Below are positions 8,238-19,373 of a stretch of 43,502 bases of DNA, one piece after another. Made by a program: the position numbers and the translations under genes. Numbering within the stretch: the first letter of the stretch is position 1; each line of letters starts with the position of its first letter. Origin of the DNA: Nautiliaceae bacterium (lineage in GTDB: Bacteria > Campylobacterota > Campylobacteria > Campylobacterales > Nautiliaceae); assembly GCA_039831155.1 (NCBI GenBank), contig JBDONT010000032.1, forward strand, positions 1 through 43,502, read 5' to 3'. The notes beneath the pieces are model-generated. The model did not search any database. It saw nothing but the letters and a program-made list of their open reading frames with translations, and was not told the origin of the DNA.

Positions 8238-9366
8238 ATTACTTATTATATCTTTATCCGTTATTTTGCTTATTTCTCCTTTTTTGAGCAATTTGTTAAA
8301 ACTTCCGATTTCTATGGTGGAGATTACTTTAGGAGCTGTTTTTAGTGCTATAGGACTTATTAATCATAATGAAATGTTTAATCTTTTGGCAGAAGTCGGA
8401 TTTTTATATTTAATGCTTCTTGCCGGAATAGAGGTTAATTTAAAAGAACTTTTAAGAATACCTAAAGAAGTTATTAAAAAGGCTTTGTTGTTTTTAGTGA
8501 TTTTAAACGGATTAAGCGGTTTATTTGTATTTATGTTAGGCTTTTCTAAAATATTTCTTGTGATTTTCCCTCTTATTTCCATAGGGCTTATGATTTCCAT
8601 TCAACAAGAAATAGGAAAAACGAAATGGCTGGATTTGGCTATAAAAGTGGGAGTTTTAGGCGAGCTTTTATCTATTTTGATTTTAACTGTGGTAAGTGGA
8701 TATTTTGAATTCGGTTTTGGTAAACGTCTTTTGATTACTACTCTTGTTTTAGTTTTGTTTTTAGTTTTTTTGGGAGTTTTATTTTTTGTAATAAGAACTC
8801 TTTTTTGGTGGTTTCCAAAACTAAAACATTATTTAATGCCGGGAGTTGATAAGTATCATCAGGATGTTAGAATAGCTTTTAGTCTTTTTTTTATTACGAT
8901 TGCTTTTTTAATGAAAATTCATATAGATGTTGTATTGGGGGCGTTTGTAGTGGGGGTCTTTATATCTACGTTTTTTGAACATAATAAAGAGCTTGAACAT
9001 AAATTAGCACCTTTTGGATTCGGATTTTTAATTACTATATTTTTCGTACACGTCGGGACTTCTTTGAACTTGAAATTAATCTCTTACGATATGATAGTAG
9101 ATGCTTTATTTATAGTAATGATAATGATTGTACTTAGGTTTATCGCCGCACTTGTTTTTTATCCTATTTTAGGGCTTAATAAAACCGTGCTTTTTGCTTT
9201 GTCTTTATCTATGCCTCTTACTTTGTTAATAGCTACTGCCACTTTAGCTCATCAAAACCACACTATTAGCGATTATTGGTTTAATGTATTAGTATTTACG
9301 GCGGTGTTGGAAGTAATTATCGTAATGATAAGCACAAAAGTGCTTAATAATATGAATAAAGTTTAA
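8227..9366 (+). CDS. Cation:proton antiporter (CPA2-type Na+/H+ exchanger)
   Basis: Multi-TM; LAEVGFLYLMLLAGIEV, LGAFVVG and FFVHVG motifs. Confidence 0.85.
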   Translation: MNVELLIISLSVILLISPFLSNLLKLPISMVEITLGAVFSAIGLINHNEMFNLLAEVGFLYLMLLAGIEVNLKELLRIPKEVIKKALLFLVILNGLSGLFVFMLGFSKIFLVIFPLISIGLMISIQQEIGKTKWLDLAIKVGVLGELLSILILTVVSGYFEFGFGKRLLITTLVLVLFLVFLGVLFFVIRTLFWWFPKLKHYLMPGVDKYHQDVRIAFSLFFITIAFLMKIHIDVVLGAFVVGVFISTFFEHNKELEHKLAPFGFGFLITIFFVHVGTSLNLKLISYDMIVDALFIVMIMIVLRFIAALVFYPILGLNKTVLFALSLSMPLTLLIATATLAHQNHTISDYWFNVLVFTAVLEVIIVMISTKVLNNMNKV

Positions 9367-9775
9367 TTTCTTCAAACTTTATTCTCCGGATTAAGATGAA
9401 ATTTATCATATCGAAGTCTTCTTTAAAAGTCTTTTTTTTTATAGAATCTGTATTCTTATATTCGTTTATAAATTTTTCGAAAATGATTTTTATTTTGAAA
9501 ATCTCTTTTCTTTTTTGTTCTATGAAAGAGATTATTCTTATATCTTTATTATATTTTGATTTTAAATAAGGGTAGAGAAATTCGTTTTCCGATTTAATAT
9601 GCTCTTCGAAATTTATTTTTAATTTTTTTAAAAGTTTAACGGTTTTGCCGAATTTTTGTTTTTGAAAATTAGTTTCTATTTTTACACATAAAGATAATAA
9701 TACTTTATGTTCTTTTTTTAGTTTTTTTATTAAATTTTTTTTCGACGGTTTAAAAAGTATTTTTACAAATCGCAC
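9344..9775 (-). CDS. Hemerythrin-like (HHE) four-helix protein
   Basis: LKKEH...HIKSENEFLYP...RIKFEEIKLY; AAGGA RBS before the GTG start. Confidence 0.7.
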   Translation of the reverse strand: MRFVKILFKPSKKNLIKKLKKEHKVLLSLCVKIETNFQKQKFGKTVKLLKKLKINFEEHIKSENEFLYPYLKSKYNKDIRIISFIEQKRKEIFKIKIIFEKFINEYKNTDSIKKKTFKEDFDMINFILIRRIKFEEIKLYSYY

Positions 9776-9853
9776 AAAAATCCTTTTTTTTTATTTTAGC
9801 TTATATGAAAAGTATTTTCATTGATTCTTCTCAATAAGATAAAAAATTCTATT

Positions 9854-9862
9854 TGATATAAT
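9854..9862 (+). promoter_or_regulatory. Extended -10 promoter of gltX
   Basis: TGaTATAAT upstream of the AAGGA RBS. Confidence 0.6.
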
Positions 9863-9881
9863 TTCACAAAAAAGGAACTCA

Positions 9882-11267
9882 ATGGTAGTTACAAGATTTG
9901 CACCAAGTCCTACCGGGTATTTACATATAGGTGGGCTTAGAACGGCTCTTTTTAACTGGCTTTTAGCCAGAAAACATAACGGAAAATTTAGATTAAGAAT
10001 TGAAGATACGGACCTTAGCCGTAATAAACAAGAAGCGGTTGACGCTATTCTTAAAGCTTTTAACTGGGTTGGAATGAAATGGGATGATGAAGTTGTATTT
10101 CAAAGTGAGAGATTTGACATTTATAAAAAGTATATCGATGAACTGCTTCAAAAAGGGCTTGCTTATAAGTGTTATTTGACAAAAGAAGAACTTGAGACGA
10201 TAAGAGAATCCAGAATGAAAGGAATCGAACCTCCTATCGATATTAGAAAATACAGAGATTTTGAAGGGGAACTTGATAAACCTTATGTAATTAGATTTAA
10301 AGCTCCGCTTGAGGGGAAAGTCTCTTTTTTTGACGGAGTTAAGGGAGAGGCTGTAATTGATGCAAAAGAGATAGACGATTTTGTTATAGCAAGAAGCGAC
10401 GGGACGCCTACTTATAATTTTGTTGTGGTGATTGACGACTATGAAATGGGAATGACGGATATTATAAGAGGGGATGACCATTTTACAAATACTTTTAAAC
10501 AGATTTTGGTTTATAAAGCTTTTGGCTGGGATTTACCGAATTTTTATCACGTGCCTATGATTCATAACGAAAAAGGCTCTAAAATGAGTAAACGTGACGG
10601 AGCCGTGGATGTTATGGAATATAAGCGTGATGGGTATTTGCCGGAAGCTCTGCTTAACTTTTTGGTAAGACTCGGTTGGTCACACGGAGACCAGGAGATT
10701 TTCAGTATTGAAGAGATGATACAACTTTTTGACCCGAAAGACATCAATAAATCTCCTAGCAGATACAACAAAGACAAACTTGACTGGTTAAATTCCCACT
10801 ATATTAAAAACTCTCCAAACGAAAGACTTGAAAAACTTCTTAGAGACGATTTCGGGATAGATATTATTAATCACGATAAAAAAGAGATTTTAATCGACGA
10901 ACTTAAAGAGAGGGTAAAAACTCTAAAAGAAATGGCTGAAGAGATTGAAAAAATCTTAACGCCTCCTACAAGTTATAATGAAAAAGCGTTTAAAAAGTTT
11001 ATAAAAGATTCCGTTGTGACCAATCTAAAAGAGTTTGTTAACTATTTAGAAGATAAAAACCCTCATCTACCTCCGGAGTGGCACGATGTGATGAATGAGT
11101 TTTTAAAATTAAAATCATTAAAACCAAAAGAACTTATGCCTCCACTTAGAATAGCTATGGTAGGAGATACGAAAGGAATAGACTTAACCGCTCTTCTTAG
11201 TATTCTAGGAAAAGAAGAGGTTATAAAAAGAGTTAACTTTTTAATCGCAAAAGCGATGATTTTTTAA
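9882..11267 (+). CDS. gltX: Glutamate--tRNA ligase
   Basis: RFAPSPTGYLHIGG, RIEDTD and KMSKR motifs. Confidence 0.97.
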   Translation: MVVTRFAPSPTGYLHIGGLRTALFNWLLARKHNGKFRLRIEDTDLSRNKQEAVDAILKAFNWVGMKWDDEVVFQSERFDIYKKYIDELLQKGLAYKCYLTKEELETIRESRMKGIEPPIDIRKYRDFEGELDKPYVIRFKAPLEGKVSFFDGVKGEAVIDAKEIDDFVIARSDGTPTYNFVVVIDDYEMGMTDIIRGDDHFTNTFKQILVYKAFGWDLPNFYHVPMIHNEKGSKMSKRDGAVDVMEYKRDGYLPEALLNFLVRLGWSHGDQEIFSIEEMIQLFDPKDINKSPSRYNKDKLDWLNSHYIKNSPNERLEKLLRDDFGIDIINHDKKEILIDELKERVKTLKEMAEEIEKILTPPTSYNEKAFKKFIKDSVVTNLKEFVNYLEDKNPHLPPEWHDVMNEFLKLKSLKPKELMPPLRIAMVGDTKGIDLTALLSILGKEEVIKRVNFLIAKAMIF

Positions 11268-13195
11268 AATACCGGCTCGTAAGTCTCCTCTTTTGGAGGA
11301 GGAGACATTTTCGTAAATAGTTCTTTTTTTCCGTTTATTTCGTAGTAGTGTACTCCTTTTGGAATTTTAAATTTTCTAATTAATTCAGGGTGTATTTTGA
11401 GTAAATGTGAATAAAAGTATTTAAAAGCGGGAGCCGAAATTCTACCACCACTCATACTTTTACCCAGTGTCGAAGAGTCGTCGTTTCCAAACCAGATAAG
11501 AGTTTGAGAGTTTGGTGTAAACCCACAAAACCACGCATCGACGAAATTATTGGTAGTACCGGTTTTTCCGGCTATTTCTATACCTTTTACTCTTGCGTTT
11601 CTTCCGGTTCCTTTTTTAACTACGTCTTGGAGAATGTTTGTTATGAGATATGCTTGATAGTCTGGTTCTATATATTCGTGTGTCGGAGGAAATGAAATTT
11701 TTATATTTTCTCTTGGAATTTCCAGGCTTTTTACTATATGAATTTGAGATTTTATGCCGTAATTGCTAAATATCGTATAAAGTTCGCTAAATTTCCACAT
11801 ATTGATACCTACACTTCCTAAAGCTATACTTAAGTTTCTAGGAAGGTTGTCAAATCCGAAGTTATACATTTCTTTAATAACAGTATCAAGCCCCATAGAC
11901 ATGACCAGGTTTATTGTGGCTAAGTTTCTTGAATGAACCAAAGCTTCTTTTAAGGTTATCAGTCCTAAGGTGTTTTTTTCGTAGTTTTTAGGTTTCCAGT
12001 ATTTATCTTCTTCCGGTGTGTTGCTTGGGATTTTAAACGTTCTACTGATATCGGCTATTTTGCTTCCCGGATTATAACCTATATTTAGGGCTATTTGATA
12101 AATAAAAGGCTTTATAGCACTTCCTACGCTTCTTTTGGATTGGACAGCTCTGTTGAATTTGCTTTTTTTATAATCGATTCCTCCCACAAGTGCCAATACC
12201 TCTCCACTGCTAGGAGTAATTGTTATTAAAGCTCCGTTTAATTTTGATTCGTTTAATTCCGGATTTAATTTAAGAACTCTTTTTTTATTCCATTTAATCG
12301 TTTGTTGTGCTAATTTTTGAGTAGGAAGGTCTATTGTTAAATTAATATCGTATCCTTTTGTAAATAAATCCGGATATTTAGGAAGAAGTTGCATAATAGC
12401 GGTATCTACCGCATAAGGGGCTTGGTTTTGTATCATAGTTTTATAAACTTTAGGACGTTTTAAAATAGCTTCTTTATACTCTTTTGAAGAAATCCATCCT
12501 AAAGTGTACATTCTTTTTATGATTCTATCGGCTCTTTTTATGTTTAGTTCGTAGTTTCTTGTAGGGTCGTAAAGGCTTGGTCCTTTTGGAAGTGCTATAA
12601 GCATAGCTATTTCTTTTAAGTTCAAATCTTTTAAATCTTTATGAAAATATCCGAAAGCCGCCGTTTTTATGCCGTAATATCCGTGACCCAGATAGATTTG
12701 GTTTAAATATCTTTCTAAAATTTCTTCTTTTGTTAAGAAATGTTCCACTTTCATTGAGATTATCATCTCTTTTAATTTTCTTTGTATGGTTTTTTTGCGG
12801 TTAAGGTATAGATTTTTTATTAATTGTTGAGTTATGGTTGAGGCTCCTTCGACTTTTTTACCGGCTTTTATGTCTTTGATTAAAGCTCTTAAAATAGCAT
12901 TGAGATTGGCTCCTTCATGTTCAAAAAAAGATGTATCTTCCGTGGCTATTAACGTTTCTATGACTCGTGGGGGAATATCGTCGTATTTTACGTAAAAACG
13001 GTTCTCTTTTTTGTATTTTACGGCTAATAATTGACCGTTTTTATCATAAAATCTAGCTGACAAAGGAGGGTTATAATAAAGAATTTTTTCGGTGGCGAAT
13101 CTGGTGGAATTGTAAAGATATAAAAAATATCCTATAGCTGTTAATAATACGGAAGTTATTATGATAAGCGTAACGGTAAAAATTTTTTTTAGCAA
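11264..13195 (-). CDS. Class A penicillin-binding protein 1A
   Basis: N-terminal TM; EDTSFFEH and GASTITQQ (glycosyltransferase); SAIK, SRN and KTG (transpeptidase). Confidence 0.95.
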   Translation of the reverse strand: MLKKIFTVTLIIITSVLLTAIGYFLYLYNSTRFATEKILYYNPPLSARFYDKNGQLLAVKYKKENRFYVKYDDIPPRVIETLIATEDTSFFEHEGANLNAILRALIKDIKAGKKVEGASTITQQLIKNLYLNRKKTIQRKLKEMIISMKVEHFLTKEEILERYLNQIYLGHGYYGIKTAAFGYFHKDLKDLNLKEIAMLIALPKGPSLYDPTRNYELNIKRADRIIKRMYTLGWISSKEYKEAILKRPKVYKTMIQNQAPYAVDTAIMQLLPKYPDLFTKGYDINLTIDLPTQKLAQQTIKWNKKRVLKLNPELNESKLNGALITITPSSGEVLALVGGIDYKKSKFNRAVQSKRSVGSAIKPFIYQIALNIGYNPGSKIADISRTFKIPSNTPEEDKYWKPKNYEKNTLGLITLKEALVHSRNLATINLVMSMGLDTVIKEMYNFGFDNLPRNLSIALGSVGINMWKFSELYTIFSNYGIKSQIHIVKSLEIPRENIKISFPPTHEYIEPDYQAYLITNILQDVVKKGTGRNARVKGIEIAGKTGTTNNFVDAWFCGFTPNSQTLIWFGNDDSSTLGKSMSGGRISAPAFKYFYSHLLKIHPELIRKFKIPKGVHYYEINGKKELFTKMSPPPKEETYEPVF

Positions 13196-13196
13196 T

Positions 13197-14255
13197 TTAT
13201 TCCTTTAAAAAATTAATGGTTTTGGAAATTATATCACTTTGAATGTTTACTCGTCCAATAATTCTGAAAATCGGCTGTTTAACGGTAGGGGGCCTTATGG
13301 CTCCTATTAAAATATTTTGATTTTTTAATTCGTTTTGTTTCTGAAGCAGGATTTTGTTGTCTTTTACCGGAATGATTTTAATTAAAGATTCTGAATTTAG
13401 AATTAATCTTCTTTTTTTTATTTTTTGTTTAAAGTCTTCTTTTTTAGACACTATTTTTTCTAAGGCGTAATAAGCAAGCAGTGTATCGGCAGGGCTTAGG
13501 GCGGTTGTGTAGATTATGCTTTTGGCTTTGTTTATTAAAAACTCTATTATCTCTTTTTGGGCTAAAATATAAGCCCCGTAACTTCCAAGAGCCTTTCCTA
13601 AAGTCCCCATTTTAATAGTTTTTAAAGGGTTTAATTCATATTCGTCGGTAATACCCATTAAATTTTCTCCCACTACCCCCACACTGTGTGCTTCGTCTAT
13701 TATAAGGGTGCCTATTTCTTGGGCGTAGAAGGTTATCTCTTTTTTGACTTTGTCTCCGTTCATTGAGTAAATTCCCTCAACAACCACAAAGACTCTTTTA
13801 AAATTTTTTAAATCTTTTGATTTTTTTTCCAAATCCTCTAATGAGTTGTGATTAAAAAATCTAACTTCTGCTTGAGTTAATCTACTTCCTACCATACCAC
13901 TTGCGTGGTATTCGCTGTCTACTAAAAATAAATCCCCCCTTCTGCCGAGTTCAAAAAGTGCCATATTGGCTAAAAATCCGCTTCCTACGATGATCGCGTC
14001 TTCAAAATCGTTTAGTTTTTTTAACTTGTTTTCAAGCATTTTGTGGGCTCTGTTGTAGCCGTTTACAAGCAGTGAAGCTTTGCTTCCGTGAAAGCCGAGT
14101 TGATTTAGTTTTTCAAAAGCTTTGTTTAAAATATCTTTGTCTTCTGCTAAACCTAAATAGTCGTTGCTTGCTAAGTCTATAATGCTTTGAGGGTATAGTT
14201 TCCTTTTTCTTAGTCTATTTTTCTTCTCTAAAATCGATAATTCTTTTTTATACAT
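13197..14255 (-). CDS. bioF: 8-amino-7-oxononanoate synthase
   Basis: [25 protein letters not shown] and AIRPPTV motifs. Confidence 0.9.
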   Translation of the reverse strand: MYKKELSILEKKNRLRKRKLYPQSIIDLASNDYLGLAEDKDILNKAFEKLNQLGFHGSKASLLVNGYNRAHKMLENKLKKLNDFEDAIIVGSGFLANMALFELGRRGDLFLVDSEYHASGMVGSRLTQAEVRFFNHNSLEDLEKKSKDLKNFKRVFVVVEGIYSMNGDKVKKEITFYAQEIGTLIIDEAHSVGVVGENLMGITDEYELNPLKTIKMGTLGKALGSYGAYILAQKEIIEFLINKAKSIIYTTALSPADTLLAYYALEKIVSKKEDFKQKIKKRRLILNSESLIKIIPVKDNKILLQKQNELKNQNILIGAIRPPTVKQPIFRIIGRVNIQSDIISKTINFLKE

Positions 14256-14275
14256 TATTAAATTAAGACCTTTTT

Positions 14276-14284
14276 TGTTAAAAT
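14276..14284 (+). promoter_or_regulatory. Extended -10 promoter of alaS
   Basis: TGtTAAAAT 20 nt upstream of the ATG at 14305. Confidence 0.5.
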
Positions 14285-14304
14285 TTTATCAAAAAAGGCC
14301 TTTT

Positions 14305-16845
14305 ATGGATATAAGAAAAAAGTTTTTAGAGTTTTTTGAGAGTAAAGGACATAAAGTTTATCCGTCAGCTCCACTTGTACCGGATGACCCGACACTTTTA
14401 TTTACAAATGCCGGAATGGTTCCTTTTAAACCTATTTTTACAGGAGAAAAACCGGCACCGACTCCTCCTAGGGCTTGTAGTTCGCAGCTTTGTATGAGAG
14501 CCGGTGGAAAACACAATGACCTTGAAAACGTAGGATATACAAACCGTCATCATACTCTTTTTGAGATGCTTGGAAATTTTAGTTTCGGAGATTACTTTAA
14601 AGAAGACGCCATTAAATATGCCTGGGAATTTGTAACCGAAGTACTTGAACTTCCAAAAGATAGACTTTGGATTACGATTCACGAAAGTGACGATGAGGCA
14701 GGAAAAATTTGGGAAAAATATGTAAGTAAAGACAGAATCGTAAAAATGGGAGATAAAGATAATTTCTGGCAAATGGGAGATACGGGGCCTTGTGGACCTT
14801 GTAGTGAGATTCATTACGACCAGGGGGCGGATAAATTTAATTCTCCGGAAGATTATTTAGGAGGGGATGGAGATAGATTCCTTGAAATTTGGAACCTTGT
14901 ATTTATGCAGTATAATAGAGATGAAAACGGAAATTTAACCCCTCTTCCAAAACCTAGTATCGATACGGGAATGGGACTTGAGAGAATTACGGCTATAAAA
15001 GAGGGGGTTACAAGCAATTACGACTCTTCTATTTTTAGACCTTTGCTTGAAAAAATCGTAGAAATTACGGGTAAAGAGTATCATACCGATAAAAGAGGAG
15101 CAAGTCATAGGGTTATAGCGGACCACATAAGAGCAGTTACTTTCCTTGTAGCTCAAGGCGTGCAGTTTAGCAGAGAAGGTAGGGGGTATGTACTTAGAAG
15201 AATTTTAAGACGTGGAGTTAGACACGGGTATTTGCTTGGAATGAGAGAACCTTTTATGTATAAAATCGTAGATACTCTTGCAAATCAAATGGGTGAGCAG
15301 TATCCGTATCTTCTTGAAAAGAAAGAGTCTGTAAAAGATACTATTAAGCTTGAAGAAGAGAGATTTTTCGAAACGATTGACAAAGGAATGCAGCTTTTTG
15401 AAGAAGAGCTTAAAAAAACTTCGGGAGATGTTTTTAGTGGAGAAGTTGCGTTTAAACTTTATGATACTTACGGGTTTCCTCTTGATTTAACGGAAGATAT
15501 GTTAAGAGAAGTAAATAAAAAAGTGGATATGAAAACGTTTAACGCTTTAATGGAAGAGCAAAAACAAAGAGCCAGAGCCAACTGGAAAGGAAGCGGGGAC
15601 GTTAAGATTAATTTAAAAGATTTGGAAAAAATTGAACCTAATAAGTTTGTAGGATATGAATATACGGAGTATGAAACAAAAGTAAAAGCGTTATTTGATG
15701 AAAATATGAATTTAGTTGAAGAGCTTGTTAATAAAGATGGTTGGGTAATGGTTGAAGAGACTCCTTTTTATGCAGAAAGTGGGGGTCAGGTTGGAGATAA
15801 GGGTGAAATTATCAAAAACGGTAAAGTTGTCGCAAAAGTAGTGGATACTAAAAAATTTGACGACAGAAACTTAAGTAAGGTAGTAAAAGCCGATTTAAAA
15901 GTAGGTGATGAGGTAAAAGCCGTTGTGGATGAGAGTAGAAGTGAAATAGCTAAAAACCATACGGCAACTCACCTTCTACACGCGGCACTTAGAAAAGTTT
16001 TAGGAGAGCACGTAACTCAAGCCGGGTCTTTGGTGGAGGCTAATAGATTAAGATTTGACTTTACCCATCCTAAAGCTTTAACAAAAGAAGAGCTTATGGC
16101 GATTGAGGAGATGGTAAATAGAGTAATTGTCAAATCAATTCCGGCAGAAGTTAAAGAAATGAGTATAGATGAAGCTAAAAAAATAGGTGCTATGGCACTT
16201 TTCGGTGAAAAATACGGGGATGTAGTAAGGGTTGTAAAATTCGGAGATTTTAGTATCGAACTTTGTGGAGGTACTCACGTAAACAATACGGCTGAAGTTA
16301 ATAGTTTTTATATTACTAAAGAATCCGGAGTTAGTGCGGGTGTTAGAAGAATAGAAGCCGTTGCGGGATTTGGGGCTTATAAATATGCAAGAGGTTATAT
16401 CGATTTGGTAGAAGAGATTAAAGCGGAAAATAAAGCAAAAGACGTAAAATCGTTTATAGAAAAACAAAAAGATGAAATTAAGAATTTAAAATCTAAAATA
16501 AAAGAGCTTGAAAAAGCCGCCCTTAAAGAACTTAAACCGGTTCAAAAAGACGGAGTTAATTATATAATCGAAAGAATAGACAAAGCAAATCTTAGAGAAA
16601 TAGCAACGGAACTTAAAGGAAAATTTGATAATTTAGTGGCGTTTTTAGCAGGTGAAAACAACGGTAAAGTTACGCTTGTGGCAGTTAGTAAAACGGATAA
16701 TATAAAAGCCGGGGATTTGATTAAAAACTATGCTCCGATAGTCGGTGGAAAAGGTGGTGGAAAACCGGATTTCGCTCAAGGTGGTGGAAAAGACGTTTCA
16801 AAAATCGATGAGATGATTGAAAAAGTAAAAAAAGACCTTTTATAA
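14305..16845 (+). CDS. alaS: Alanine--tRNA ligase
   Basis: [36 protein letters not shown] and GGKGGG; ATG at 14305 after AAAGG. Confidence 0.98.
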   Translation: MDIRKKFLEFFESKGHKVYPSAPLVPDDPTLLFTNAGMVPFKPIFTGEKPAPTPPRACSSQLCMRAGGKHNDLENVGYTNRHHTLFEMLGNFSFGDYFKEDAIKYAWEFVTEVLELPKDRLWITIHESDDEAGKIWEKYVSKDRIVKMGDKDNFWQMGDTGPCGPCSEIHYDQGADKFNSPEDYLGGDGDRFLEIWNLVFMQYNRDENGNLTPLPKPSIDTGMGLERITAIKEGVTSNYDSSIFRPLLEKIVEITGKEYHTDKRGASHRVIADHIRAVTFLVAQGVQFSREGRGYVLRRILRRGVRHGYLLGMREPFMYKIVDTLANQMGEQYPYLLEKKESVKDTIKLEEERFFETIDKGMQLFEEELKKTSGDVFSGEVAFKLYDTYGFPLDLTEDMLREVNKKVDMKTFNALMEEQKQRARANWKGSGDVKINLKDLEKIEPNKFVGYEYTEYETKVKALFDENMNLVEELVNKDGWVMVEETPFYAESGGQVGDKGEIIKNGKVVAKVVDTKKFDDRNLSKVVKADLKVGDEVKAVVDESRSEIAKNHTATHLLHAALRKVLGEHVTQAGSLVEANRLRFDFTHPKALTKEELMAIEEMVNRVIVKSIPAEVKEMSIDEAKKIGAMALFGEKYGDVVRVVKFGDFSIELCGGTHVNNTAEVNSFYITKESGVSAGVRRIEAVAGFGAYKYARGYIDLVEEIKAENKAKDVKSFIEKQKDEIKNLKSKIKELEKAALKELKPVQKDGVNYIIERIDKANLREIATELKGKFDNLVAFLAGENNGKVTLVAVSKTDNIKAGDLIKNYAPIVGGKGGGKPDFAQGGGKDVSKIDEMIEKVKKDLL

Positions 16846-16855
16846 AAGGATTGAA

Positions 16856-17524
16856 ATGAAAATTTTATTGGTGGAAGACGATAAACAATTAGGTAGAGCT
16901 TTAACTAAAGGTTTAAAAGCGAACGGGTATGACGTAACACATTTGGAAGACGGAGAAGATGCGTTTGATGATATTTTGATAAACGAATACGATGTGTATC
17001 TGCTTGATATTAATATTCCCGGAATTGACGGGTTAAAGCTTGTAAAACTTATAAGAAATAAAAATAAAGAAGCCATTATTTTTATGATTACGGCGTCTGC
17101 CGAAATAGAAGATATGGAAAAAGCTTACGGAAACGGATGTGATGAATATATAAAAAAACCTTTTCATATTGAAGAGTTGCTTTTAAGAATTAATCATTGG
17201 AAGAAGATAAAACAAAATGCTTCTAATCAAACGAAAGAGGATAAGATTAGGGTTGACAATATGGAGTTTTATTTCGATACTTTGGATTTGTATATTGACG
17301 GAGTACTTGCCAATTTGAGAAAAAAAGAGAAAAAACTTCTTGCGGTTCTTTTAAAAAATATAGGTAAAACGGTAAAAAAAGAGGATATTATTAAATATGT
17401 ATGGGAAGGAGAAGAAAAAAAATCATATCCTTTAAGACAACTTGTAAGCGAACTTAAAAGTAAACTTCCAAAAGATTATATAGTTTCGGAAGTAGGGATA
17501 GGTTATAGATTTGATAAAAAATAA
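16856..17524 (+). CDS. OmpR-family response regulator
   Basis: LLVEDD, LLDINIP and KPF receiver motifs; C-terminal winged helix ending GIGYRF. Confidence 0.93.
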   Translation: MKILLVEDDKQLGRALTKGLKANGYDVTHLEDGEDAFDDILINEYDVYLLDINIPGIDGLKLVKLIRNKNKEAIIFMITASAEIEDMEKAYGNGCDEYIKKPFHIEELLLRINHWKKIKQNASNQTKEDKIRVDNMEFYFDTLDLYIDGVLANLRKKEKKLLAVLLKNIGKTVKKEDIIKYVWEGEEKKSYPLRQLVSELKSKLPKDYIVSEVGIGYRFDKK

Positions 17525-19340
17525 AATAACTCTTAATAAGGTTATTTTAATCTTTTTTATTTTAATTTTTTTTATTTCTTTTTTATTCATTTATTCTCAA
17601 TATAGAATATCCAGGGAAATTTTGATTCAAAGTTATCTTAATAAATACGCTCTTTTGGCTTTGCAGGTTAAGGAGCATTTCGGTAGTGCTTTTGATAAAG
17701 CTTTTTATGCTTTTAAAAATCAGGAAAAGCAAAATATTTTAAATTTGTATAAGCTTCCGTATTTTTATAATAACGGTACGGTTGACGTTGTAAAAATAGC
17801 TAAGTTTTTAAATAAATATAATACTTTGAAATCTGGTCATTATGAGGTGTTTTTATTGAATAAAAATTATATAATAGCCGCAAGTAATAATGAAAAAGAT
17901 ATAGGAAAAGATTTAAGTAACAATCCTTTTCTTAAGAAAATAATCGGGGATGTGTTTAAGGGTACTAAAAAAATAGAAATCTCTTATATTGATTTGGCTT
18001 CGGATTCTATAGAGCTAAAAAAATACTATTTTATTAGGACGTTAGACGGAAAATATATAATAGGTCTTGCGTATGTAGTTGATATTTATGATAATTTAAA
18101 AGATATTTATGATTTTGTAAAGCCTACGACTAAGATATTAGACATTTATTTTTTGGATAAATATAAAATTTATAAGTTGGATATGGAAAAAAAGAGAGTG
18201 TTTTCTCAAGACAAAGAGTTTTATAAGGAAATGGTAAAAGATATTTTAAACGATATGAATACTAAGTCTCAAAAAGAGATTTTGGAATATATTTTTTCTC
18301 TTTTTGAAAAAAATAATAATCTTTTAAAAGAGATAGATATTGATAAGAACGAACTCACTATTTTTGCTCTTATAAATTCTCTTTTCGAGCAAATAAACAG
18401 TAAAGTAATAATTAAAACCGTTTACGATATTTCTTGTTTAAAAAAAGATTTGAATAAATTAAATGTAAATTTAATTGTTATTTTGGTATTGTTTATTTTT
18501 GCTTTTACTTTTATGTATATGATAATAGTATTTCGTATTACTAAACCTTTAATGAAACTTGTGGATAAAATGAGAAAGAACAAACCTTGTTATGAATGTA
18601 ATTCTTATATTCAAGAGATAAACGATGTAAAAAACAGTTACAATATATTACATTCTAAATTAAATAAAGAGATAGAAAAAAATAAAAATCTTTTAGAGCT
18701 AAACAGAAGATTTATCGTTGATACCATTCATCAAATAAGAACTCCTCTTCAAATTATAATGCTTAATATGGATTTGCTTAAATTTCAGATAAAAGATAAG
18801 GATGTAGAAGAGATTATTGAAGAGATAGACGCAGCTGTCGCTATGCTTACGAATTCTTATGAGGATTTGGCTTATTTGTCTTCTAATAATACTGCTATAA
18901 CATATAAACCGGCTTTAATTGATATTGCTAAAGTCTTAAAATCCAGAATAGGATTTTTTTCTAATATAGCTAAAGTTAATGATAAAAGACTTATTGATAA
19001 AATCGAAGATGATTCGATTGAGTATATGATAAACAGAATAGAGTTTGAGAGAATTATCGATAATAATATTTCAAATGCAATTAAGTATTCAACCGGTAAG
19101 GATATAGAAATATTTTTTAGAAAAGTATGGGATAAGGTTATTTTGAGATTTGTATCCGAGGGCGAGCCTATTAAAAATCCGGAAAAGATTTTTGATAAAA
19201 ATTATAGAGAACAGATTCATAAAAGAGGTTTGGGATTAGGACTTAATATAGTTAAAAATATCTGCGATAAATATTCTATTAAATATAGGGTTTATTATAA
19301 AGACGGTAAGAATGTTTTTGAGTATGTTTTTAAGATTTAA
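17511..19340 (+). CDS. Sensor histidine kinase (two TM helices, large periplasmic domain)
   Basis: H-box HQIRTPL, N-box NNISNAIKY and G2 GLGLGL. Confidence 0.9.
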   Translation: MIKNKITLNKVILIFFILIFFISFLFIYSQYRISREILIQSYLNKYALLALQVKEHFGSAFDKAFYAFKNQEKQNILNLYKLPYFYNNGTVDVVKIAKFLNKYNTLKSGHYEVFLLNKNYIIAASNNEKDIGKDLSNNPFLKKIIGDVFKGTKKIEISYIDLASDSIELKKYYFIRTLDGKYIIGLAYVVDIYDNLKDIYDFVKPTTKILDIYFLDKYKIYKLDMEKKRVFSQDKEFYKEMVKDILNDMNTKSQKEILEYIFSLFEKNNNLLKEIDIDKNELTIFALINSLFEQINSKVIIKTVYDISCLKKDLNKLNVNLIVILVLFIFAFTFMYMIIVFRITKPLMKLVDKMRKNKPCYECNSYIQEINDVKNSYNILHSKLNKEIEKNKNLLELNRRFIVDTIHQIRTPLQIIMLNMDLLKFQIKDKDVEEIIEEIDAAVAMLTNSYEDLAYLSSNNTAITYKPALIDIAKVLKSRIGFFSNIAKVNDKRLIDKIEDDSIEYMINRIEFERIIDNNISNAIKYSTGKDIEIFFRKVWDKVILRFVSEGEPIKNPEKIFDKNYREQIHKRGLGLGLNIVKNICDKYSIKYRVYYKDGKNVFEYVFKI

Positions 19341-19373
19341 CAGTTTTGATACAATTTCATTAGAAAGGTTGTT

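Noticed and set aside
16744-16792. Repeated ggtggaaaa motifs
   Set aside because: They encode the conserved GGKGGG...QGGG C-terminus of AlaRS.
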